64,000 nt of DNA from an uncultured Pelagibacteraceae bacterium (GTDB lineage Bacteria; Pseudomonadota; Alphaproteobacteria; Pelagibacterales; Pelagibacteraceae), in assembly GCA_902612225.1 (NCBI GenBank), contig CACMCS010000003.1, forward strand, positions 1,983 to 65,982, in the 5' to 3' direction. Below are positions 1 through 6,719 of the stretch, piece after piece. The position numbers were made by a program, and so were the translations under genes. Every line of letters starts with the position of its first letter. Positions within the stretch are counted from its first letter, which is position 1. A model generated the notes under the pieces. The model was not told where the DNA came from, did not search any database, and saw only the letters and a list, made by a program, of their open reading frames with translations.

Positions 1-824
1 GAAATTGCAAGAATAAATTCTCCACCACTAGGAGGTCCGCCGTCATTATTATCTTTTGCAGCTGTCTCAAAACTAAAATTATCACCAACTAATGCGCCAG
101 CCATTAATTCTACCATCATTGCTATGGCAGAACCTTTATATCCCCCAAAAGGAAGTAATACACCTCCATCCGCTATTGCTCCTGGGTCAGTTGTTTCTTT
201 ACCATCCTTAGTTAAACCAGTTCCAAGTGGAACTTTATGCCCTTCTCTTTTAGCAACTTGAACTTCACCCATTGCCATTGATGCAGTTGCCATATCGTAA
301 ACTACAGGAGTTTTTCCTGGTCGTGGCCATGCAAAAGAAATTGGATTTGTTCCAAACAAGGGTTTGATAGCTCCAGCGGGTGCTACAGCAGGCTTGTAGG
401 ATGTGCAAGCGAAGGCAACTAAACCTTCCTCTGCTAATTTTTCTGTTTCAGGCCACATCGCAGCCATATGATGAGAATTATTTATAGCAAGTACGGCCAC
501 TCCATTTTCTTTTGCAGCTTTTGCTAATTCAGGTAATCCTTTATTTAAAACTACAGGGGCTAAACAATTATTCCCTTGAACTTTTATTACTGATGCTGAA
601 ATTTTTTTTACCTCAGGTTTTCCTTTACCATTAATTTTTCCGCTTTTTAAACCACTCACATATGCAGGCAACCTGAACAAACCATGAGATAAAGATCCAT
701 CTCTTTCAGCATTTCTTATTAAATCAGAGAGAATAGATGCTGTTTCATCATCACAGCCATTAGCTAGTAAAGTCTTTTTAGCTAAATCAAAAATTTCATC
801 TAATGTGAGGGAAACGGTACTCAT
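1..824 (-). CDS. Ldh_2-family NAD(P)H oxidoreductase, DpkA/LhpD-like; 3' end runs off the window
   Basis: Manual translation from ATG at 824 gives MSTVSLTLDEIFDLAKKTL..DGSLSHGLFRLP..NSHHMAAMWPE..FGTNPISFAWP..DMAT..LLPFGGYKG, the Ldh_2 motifs. Absent from the ORF track because it is truncated. Confidence 0.85.
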   Translation of the reverse strand, partial: MSTVSLTLDEIFDLAKKTLLANGCDDETASILSDLIRNAERDGSLSHGLFRLPAYVSGLKSGKINGKGKPEVKKISASVIKVQGNNCLAPVVLNKGLPELAKAAKENGVAVLAINNSHHMAAMWPETEKLAEEGLVAFACTSYKPAVAPAGAIKPLFGTNPISFAWPRPGKTPVVYDMATASMAMGEVQVAKREGHKVPLGTGLTKDGKETTDPGAIADGGVLLPFGGYKGSAIAMMVELMAGALVGDNFSFETAAKDNNDGGPPSGGEFILAI

Positions 825-866
825 CCCAATATTAGATATTATTAATGGTTAAAGATCAATTTTTAT

Positions 867-1931
867 TTAACAGCCTTTAAAAGATTTAGACATATTGCCA
901 ATTAAATCGAAGTATAGATCTTTGCCAGGGTTAAGTGTTGCCCCTAATGGATCAATTACGCCTGTTGCAACGTTAGTATCTTTTGCTACAGCCTTAATAA
1001 TATCAGGGTTAAACTGTGGCTCTGAAAATATACAGCTTACTTTATCATGCTCAATTACTTCTCTAATTTCAGCCAATTGCTCAGCACCGGGCATAACATC
1101 TGTATTTACCGTAAATGCGCCTAAAATATTAACACCAAATCTCTCTTCAAAATATTGATACGCATCATGAAATACTATTGATTTAAAATCTTTATTTAAT
1201 TCAGATTTTACTTTCTTAGTTAACTTATCTAAATCTTTATGTGCTTTTTTTAAATTTTCTTTATATTTAGCAGTATTTTTTGGATCATTCTCAATCAAGT
1301 GCTCTGCCATTTCGCTTAAAATAACTTTTGCATTCATTGGATCTAACCAAATGTGCGGATCGTACTCACCATGAGCATGTCCTTCATGTCCATGGCCGTG
1401 ATCATCATGGTCGTCTTCTTTATGACCTTCTTTGTCATGATCATGTTCGTCATGACCATGTTCTTTCTCTTTTTTATCATGATCGTGGTCATCATGATCG
1501 TCTTCTTTTTTAGCATGATCATCATGATCATCCTCTTTATGACCGTGATCGTCATGACCTTCAAAAATATTTCTTTCTCTAAACTTAAGTTTGGTTATCC
1601 CTTTAATTTCCATTAATTCAATTTTTTCAGCTTTTTTTGCAATAGATTTTAATGGTTTTTCTAAAAAACTTTCTATGTCTTCACCTACCCAAAAAATAAT
1701 ATCTGCATTTTGGATCATTTTTGCATGCGATGGTTTAAGTGCAAATCCATGAGGTGATGCGTAGCCATCAACTATTAAATCTGGTTTACCAATACCGTCC
1801 ATCAAATAGCTTGCGAGTGAATGAATTGGTTTTATTGATGCTACTACCTTAACTTCAGCATTAACAGGTGAAAAAATTGTTAGGAATGATAAAAGTGATA
1901 TTAATAATGGGATTTTTTTAATAGTTTTCAT
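867..1931 (-). CDS. znuA: Zinc ABC transporter substrate-binding protein with long His/Asp-rich loop
   Basis: Signal peptide, VVASIKP, SPH, DPHIWLDP and FHDAYQYF motifs; divergent from znuCB-zur. Confidence 0.95.
   Translation of the reverse strand: MKTIKKIPLLISLLSFLTIFSPVNAEVKVVASIKPIHSLASYLMDGIGKPDLIVDGYASPHGFALKPSHAKMIQNADIIFWVGEDIESFLEKPLKSIAKKAEKIELMEIKGITKLKFRERNIFEGHDDHGHKEDDHDDHAKKEDDHDDHDHDKKEKEHGHDEHDHDKEGHKEDDHDDHGHGHEGHAHGEYDPHIWLDPMNAKVILSEMAEHLIENDPKNTAKYKENLKKAHKDLDKLTKKVKSELNKDFKSIVFHDAYQYFEERFGVNILGAFTVNTDVMPGAEQLAEIREVIEHDKVSCIFSEPQFNPDIIKAVAKDTNVATGVIDPLGATLNPGKDLYFDLIGNMSKSFKGC
1365..1563 (-). repeat. Imperfect coding repeats forming the ZnuA His/Asp/Glu/Lys loop (KEDDHDDH x3)
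   Basis: Repeated tcatcatg(a/g)tc(g/a)tc(t/c)tcttt units on the + strand. Confidence 0.85.
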
Positions 1932-1948
1932 AGTTTAATTTTTTTAAT

Positions 1949-1981
1949 TGTTATAATATAACACTATGTAATAATATAACG
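1949..1981. promoter_or_regulatory. Two tandem Zur boxes in the znuA/znuC divergent promoter
   Basis: TGTTAT-ATA-ATAACA (1949-1963, perfect 6-3-6 inverted repeat) and TGTAAT-AAT-ATAACG (1967-1981); match the proteobacterial Zur consensus core. Confidence 0.85.
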
Positions 1982-2001
1982 TTTATAAGTCAAGTGATAT
2001 A

Positions 2002-2748
2002 ATGAATGCTAATCAAAATATATTGGTCAAATTAAAAGACGCTGGTTTTAAAATAAACGATAAATGGCTCGTTCAAGGCGTTTCCCTTCAAGTTGAAAAA
2101 GGTAAAATAGTTACTTTAATAGGACCTAATGGATCAGGTAAAAGTACAACGGCTAAAATTGCTTTAGGAATTTATAAAAAAATTGAGGGAGAAGTAGAAA
2201 AATACACAAATAAAATTGGTTATGTTCCACAAAAAATTTCAATTGATTGGACTTTACCACTTAGGGTCAATGATTTTATGGTATTAACTGAAAGTTTAAA
2301 AAATGAAATAATTGATGAGGCACTATCATTAACTGGCGTTATTCATTTAAAAGATAAAAATTTAGGTGATTTATCGGGTGGTGAATTTCAAAGAGTATTG
2401 CTAGCAAGAGCTATTTCAAAAAAACCAGATTTGTTAGTTCTTGATGAGCCAGTTCAAGGTGTAGATTTTACAGGTGAAATAGCTTTATATGAACTTATAA
2501 AGAAAATTTCCGATGAATTGAATTGTGGTATCTTATTAATTTCTCATGATTTGCATACTGTAATGAGTGCTACAGACCACGTTGTTTGCCTAAATGGTCA
2601 TGTATGCTGCTCAGGGACACCCATGGATGTCGCAAAAAATAATGAATATAAGGCTTTGTTTGGTGAACAAGCTTCACAGATATTATCAAGATATGAACAT
2701 AGACATGATCATATTCATACTGATGAGGGTAAAATTAAGAAAAATTAA
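2002..2748 (+). CDS. znuC: Zinc ABC transporter ATP-binding protein
   Basis: GPNGSGKST, LSGGEFQR, LDEP, CLNGHVCC and His-rich C-terminus. Confidence 0.95.
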   Translation: MNANQNILVKLKDAGFKINDKWLVQGVSLQVEKGKIVTLIGPNGSGKSTTAKIALGIYKKIEGEVEKYTNKIGYVPQKISIDWTLPLRVNDFMVLTESLKNEIIDEALSLTGVIHLKDKNLGDLSGGEFQRVLLARAISKKPDLLVLDEPVQGVDFTGEIALYELIKKISDELNCGILLISHDLHTVMSATDHVVCLNGHVCCSGTPMDVAKNNEYKALFGEQASQILSRYEHRHDHIHTDEGKIKKN

Positions 2749-3552
2749 ATGTTCGACGATTTTTTTATAAGAGCATTGGTGGCTGGAATTGGAGTTGCTT
2801 TCGTTACAGGGCCTCTTGGTTGTTTTGTAATTTGGAGAAGACTATCTTATTTTGGTGATACGTTAGCCCATTCGGCTTTATTGGGAGTAACATTAGCATT
2901 TACAATGGAATTTAATATTGCGTTATCTGTATTTATTATCTCATCTTTAATTGCTTTAACATTAATACAACTTCAAAAAAGAACTAATCTTCCGGGAGAT
3001 GCTTTATTAGGGCTTTTAGCTCACTCATCTTTAGCCGTAGGACTTGTTGTTATTGGTTTCTTAACATTTATCAGATTTGACATTATGGGATTATTATTTG
3101 GAGATATATTAGCTGTTACAGTTGATGATCTATTAATAATATGGGTTGGAGGAGCAGTAATTCTGTTAATTTTGAAATTAATTTGGAAACCTTTATTCGC
3201 ATCCACAGTAAACTATGAATTAGCTGAAGCAGAAGGTTTAAATCCTGATAGAGCAAAAGCAATATTCACAATATTGATGGCTGCGATTATTGCTATATCA
3301 ATTAAAATGGTTGGTTTGTTATTGATAACAGGAATGCTAATCATACCAGCTGCAATGGCTAGAAATATTTCGTCTAGTCCACAAAGAATGGTTATCTATT
3401 CAATCATTGGAGGTCTTTTGTCAGTAATTTTAGGATTATTTACATCTTTGGAATTTAATACTTCCTCAGGTCCATCAATTATAACGGCAGCATTATTTTT
3501 GTTCATACTTTCATTATTTAATATCAAACAATCAATTAAATTGAAAAACTAA
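2749..3552 (+). CDS. znuB: Zinc ABC transporter permease
   Basis: GDTLAHSALLG and LLFGDIL motifs; multiple TM helices. Confidence 0.95.
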   Translation: MFDDFFIRALVAGIGVAFVTGPLGCFVIWRRLSYFGDTLAHSALLGVTLAFTMEFNIALSVFIISSLIALTLIQLQKRTNLPGDALLGLLAHSSLAVGLVVIGFLTFIRFDIMGLLFGDILAVTVDDLLIIWVGGAVILLILKLIWKPLFASTVNYELAEAEGLNPDRAKAIFTILMAAIIAISIKMVGLLLITGMLIIPAAMARNISSSPQRMVIYSIIGGLLSVILGLFTSLEFNTSSGPSIITAALFLFILSLFNIKQSIKLKN

Positions 3553-3567
3553 TGAGGAATCAGTAAA

Positions 3568-3975
3568 ATGAATAAAATGCACAAAGAACATAATCTCACC
3601 AAAAATCAGAAAATTATTTTTGATTTAATTGATAAATCACCTCAGCCACTTAAGGCCTACTCAATACTTTATAATGTTCAAAAAAAAGGTATTAAAGCTC
3701 CTCTGCAAGTTTATCGAGCATTAGATAAGTTAGTTGAAATAGGTAAAATTCATAAAATTGAAAGTAGAAATGCCTTTATTGCATGTCATAATTCAAGTTG
3801 TCAGGTGGCTAAAGCTACTGCGTTTTCAATCTGTGAGATTTGTGAGAAAGTAACAGAAATAAGTAGTACAGGTCTTTCCAAATACTTAGCTAACTTCAAA
3901 GACAAAGATGGCATGAAATACAGTAAATATAATCTTGAGTTTTTTGGTTTATGCAAAAAATGCACACTTAAATAA
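3568..3975 (+). CDS. zur: Zinc uptake regulator (Fur family)
   Basis: VYRALDKL winged helix, CEIC and CKKC motifs; follows znuCB. Confidence 0.9.
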   Translation: MNKMHKEHNLTKNQKIIFDLIDKSPQPLKAYSILYNVQKKGIKAPLQVYRALDKLVEIGKIHKIESRNAFIACHNSSCQVAKATAFSICEICEKVTEISSTGLSKYLANFKDKDGMKYSKYNLEFFGLCKKCTLK

Positions 3976-3979
3976 AATC

Positions 3980-4031
3980 ATATCATTAATGATATTTTTT
4001 TAATAAAGTTAAATCATTAATGATATTTTTT
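3980..4031. repeat. 19-bp direct repeat ATCATTAATGATATTTTTT (3982-4000, 4013-4031), each copy with a palindromic core
   Basis: Read directly; 3980-3995 is a perfect 16-bp palindrome ATATCATTAATGATAT. Confidence 0.85.
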
Positions 4032-4358
4032 ACCTTAAAAATTGTTCTTGCTGCAATTATAATTGCCTTTGCTAGTTGGCTTTCGGGTCAAAATCCAAAA
4101 CTGGCTGGTTTTATTATTGCTTTGCCTCTTGTATCACTCATAGCTATAGCTTTTTCCTACTATGAGCATAATGATATAGAAAAAACAATTCTTTTTACTA
4201 AGAGCATACTAGTAGCGGTACCTGTGAGTTATTTATTTTTTTTACCCTTCTTTTTTGCAAAATCATTTAATATGAATTTCTTCCTAATTTATGGCACAGG
4301 CTTAGGATTTTTAATTGTTGGTTTCTTTATTCATAAATATATAACAAATTTTCTCTAA
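4020..4358 (+). CDS. Small 4-TM membrane protein (DUF3147/GlpM-like)
   Basis: Hydrophobic 112 aa with PKLAGFIIALPLVSL motif. Confidence 0.6.
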   Translation: MIFFTLKIVLAAIIIAFASWLSGQNPKLAGFIIALPLVSLIAIAFSYYEHNDIEKTILFTKSILVAVPVSYLFFLPFFFAKSFNMNFFLIYGTGLGFLIVGFFIHKYITNFL

Positions 4359-4379
4359 TACTGTTACATCTTAATAAAT

Positions 4380-4397
4380 TTGTAACATTAATGTAAT
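4380..4397 (+). promoter_or_regulatory. Putative Pho box upstream of the arsenic operon
   Basis: TTGTAAC-ATTA-ATGTAAT with 11-bp period, same half-site type as upstream of pstS; followed by AAGGAG SD and ATG 4419. Confidence 0.65.
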
Positions 4398-4418
4398 AAT
4401 TAATAAGAAGGAGAAAAT

Positions 4419-4640
4419 ATGTTTATAAAAAAATATCTAAAGTGGATCAGTACTTTTTTAGTTTTAGTAGGAATACTTCTTACAAACTTAAATATATATC
4501 CATTAAATATATATTTTCATGGATTAGGAGTTATTGGATGGACTATCGCTGGATTTGTTAGCAAAGATAAGGCGATACTCACTAACTTTGGATTACAAAT
4601 TCCATTATTTGTTATTGGAATTTATAAGATTATTTTTTAA
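4419..4640 (+). CDS. 73-aa 3-TM membrane protein of unknown function (DUF6552-like; SemiSWEET/PnuC-like pattern)
   Basis: Strong SD; three hydrophobic helices; GWTIAG..D.AILTN pattern; abuts arsC. Confidence 0.7.
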   Translation: MFIKKYLKWISTFLVLVGILLTNLNIYPLNIYFHGLGVIGWTIAGFVSKDKAILTNFGLQIPLFVIGIYKIIF

Positions 4641-5072
4641 ATGAAAAACATATTGTTTGTTTGCACAGGTAATTCAGCAAGAAGTATTATTGCTGAAAGT
4701 ATAATAAATAACGAGTATGACGATATGTATAAAGGTTTTAGTGCTGGGAGTAATCCAACAGGAAAAATTAATGAAGATGTGAAGAATTATTTATTATCAA
4801 AACATTATGATCTTTCAAATTATAGATCTAAAAATTTTAATACGTTCGTTGATAGCGAAATTAAAATGGATTATGTGATTACAGTTTGTAATAATGCCAA
4901 TAACGAAGTCTGTCCTATTTGGCCAAATAAAGATCAGATAATTCATTGGGATATAGAGGATCCTGTTAAATTACTTAATGAAACAAACGACTTAAATAAA
5001 AAAGATGAAATAATAGAAAAAGTTTACAATAATATTCATAAAAGAATAAAGGAACTGCTTTATGAAAAATAA
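4641..5072 (+). CDS. arsC: Arsenate reductase, LMW-PTP fold, thioredoxin type
   Basis: P-loop CTGNSARS, resolving Cys pair in ITVC..CP, HWDIEDP. Confidence 0.9.
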   Translation: MKNILFVCTGNSARSIIAESIINNEYDDMYKGFSAGSNPTGKINEDVKNYLLSKHYDLSNYRSKNFNTFVDSEIKMDYVITVCNNANNEVCPIWPNKDQIIHWDIEDPVKLLNETNDLNKKDEIIEKVYNNIHKRIKELLYEK

Positions 5073-5721
5073 AAGCCGCTATTTTCTTGCTGAATTATTA
5101 GGCAGTTGTTTTTTGGTAATGATTATTGTTGGTTCAGGTTTAATGGCTGAAAACTTAACCAATGACGTTGCGGTAATGTTAATTGCAAACACAATAGCAA
5201 CAGGTGCAGGTTTATTTGTGCTTATTACAGTATTTGCTGATGTATCAGGAGCTCACTTTAATCCATTTGTAAGTATAGCAATGGCAATAACGGGTAAATT
5301 AAAAAAAAAACTATTACCCTACTATATCATTGCTCAATTGGTTGGTTGCTTAATTGGTGTTGGTTTAGCTAATTTCTTTTTTGAACATGAGATTTATGAA
5401 TTATCTACCAAGTCAAGAGATGGGATTTACATATTCACATCTGAGGTAATAGCAACATTAGGGCTTATAATTATAATTTTTGGGTCTATGAAGTCAGGCA
5501 AAATTGCTGTTGCTGCTAGTGTTGCTCTTTATATTACTGCTGGTTATTGGTTTACTTCTTCAACTTCTTTTGCAAATCCTGCGGTTGCTATTGCCAGAAC
5601 ATTTACAGAATCTTTTACTGGTATTAGTTATTTAAATACTCCTTATTATATTTTAGCTGAGCTTATTGGAATGTTAATTGCTGTACTTATTGTTAAAAAG
5701 TTATTTTTAGAAAAAAATTGA
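5062..5721 (+). CDS. MIP-family aquaporin, AqpS-like arsenite channel
   Basis: SGAHFNPF and YWFTSSTSFANPAV motifs; overlaps the arsC stop. Confidence 0.85.
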   Translation: MKNKSRYFLAELLGSCFLVMIIVGSGLMAENLTNDVAVMLIANTIATGAGLFVLITVFADVSGAHFNPFVSIAMAITGKLKKKLLPYYIIAQLVGCLIGVGLANFFFEHEIYELSTKSRDGIYIFTSEVIATLGLIIIIFGSMKSGKIAVAASVALYITAGYWFTSSTSFANPAVAIARTFTESFTGISYLNTPYYILAELIGMLIAVLIVKKLFLEKN

Positions 5722-6209
5722 AAAATATAAAACTTACCAATCGAATAAGTTTAATTAACAAAAAATTTAAAAAAAAAGAGTTTTATCATTATCTTAAAAC
5801 TTCTAATCTTTCATTAGTAATACCTAAGATTAAAGACAAATATGTAGTAGTTTCCCAAAAAAAAGTTCCAATTAATAAAATTAACTACGAGTTTCCTTCT
5901 GGCATAGTGGAAAAAAAGGAAACAACTCTCCAATCAGCATATAAGGAATTAAGAGAAGAAACAGGATATAGATCAAGATCAAAATTGAGTAAAATAATAA
6001 CTTTTTATAATGAACCTGGAAGACTAACTACTAAAATTACTGGTTATTACACAGAAGACTTAATTAAAATTTCGAAACCAGAACAGGGTATTAGAATTCA
6101 TCTTTTTAATCAAAGAGAGATATTTAAATTAATATTAAATCAAAAATTCAATAATAGTTCTCATATAGCAATGTTTTTTTATTTAATAACAGTTCTTAAA
6201 AAACTATAA
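5718..6209 (+). CDS. Nudix hydrolase (ADP-ribose pyrophosphatase-like)
   Basis: Nudix box G-x5-E-x7-KELREETG with R-to-K variant; TTG start overlaps the aquaporin stop. Confidence 0.85.
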   Translation: MKNIKLTNRISLINKKFKKKEFYHYLKTSNLSLVIPKIKDKYVVVSQKKVPINKINYEFPSGIVEKKETTLQSAYKELREETGYRSRSKLSKIITFYNEPGRLTTKITGYYTEDLIKISKPEQGIRIHLFNQREIFKLILNQKFNNSSHIAMFFYLITVLKKL

Positions 6210-6288
6210 ACTAAAGGTTGTATCAAAATATCTTTTTTATTTAGAGATTATATGATTAAATCAAATATTAAATAATTCGGAGGCAGTA

Positions 6289-6498
6289 ATGAGAAAAAAA
6301 CTAAAAAAAAATGAAAAGAAAAAAACAAAGATATTAAAATCAATAGACAAACTTAAAAATAAAATTACAGCAAAAGAAAAAAAATTATCAAGCCTTAATA
6401 TTAAAATTGCTGGTCTAGAAAAAAAGGTTGCAGAAAAAAAAGCAAAAAAGCTTGCTAAGAAAAATGCAGAGCAGTCTCCTGCATCTATAAATAATTAA
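6289..6498 (+). CDS. Lys-rich coiled-coil microprotein, hypothetical
   Basis: GGAGG SD at 6279-6283; heptad I15/I19/L22/I26/L33/L36/I40/L43/V47. Confidence 0.7.
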   Translation: MRKKLKKNEKKKTKILKSIDKLKNKITAKEKKLSSLNIKIAGLEKKVAEKKAKKLAKKNAEQSPASINN

Positions 6499-6509
6499 TT
6501 CCAAATCGT

Positions 6510-6543
6510 CTTTCTCCCTTCTCATTTAAGAGAAGGAAGAAAG
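6510..6543 (-). terminator. 14-bp stem-loop between the convergent microprotein and ppx transcripts
   Basis: Minus strand CTTTCTTCCTTCTC-TTAAAT-GAGAAGGGAGAAAG pairs fully with one G-U; the plus strand would have a C-A mismatch. No clear U-tract. Confidence 0.6.
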
Positions 6544-6663
6544 TAGTTAATCAACAAAATTTAAACAGGGGAAGAAATAATGAATATTTAAACTTTGATG
6601 GTGCTTTATACATAAACTAAATTACAAAATTATTTACTTATTGTTAAAGTTAAATGAATTTAA

Positions 6664-6681
6664 ATTAAAATAATGTTACAA
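6664..6681 (-). promoter_or_regulatory. Putative Pho box downstream of ppx, oriented toward the 6510-6660 interval
   Basis: Minus strand TTGTAAC-ATTA-TTTTAAT; first 11 bp identical to the box at 4380. Confidence 0.5.
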
Positions 6682-6719
6682 AAAAATATCACTCAATTAA
6701 AAATAGAATTAAATTTAAT

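Noticed and set aside
1365-1563. Repeat region considered as a possible CRISPR array
   Set aside because: Units are codon-phased, degenerate and inside znuA, with no unique spacers or cas genes
1328-1616. ORFs 1328-1513, 1343-1564 and 1353-1616 with odd Met/Ile- or His-rich translations
   Set aside because: Shadow frames of the low-complexity znuA His/Asp repeat
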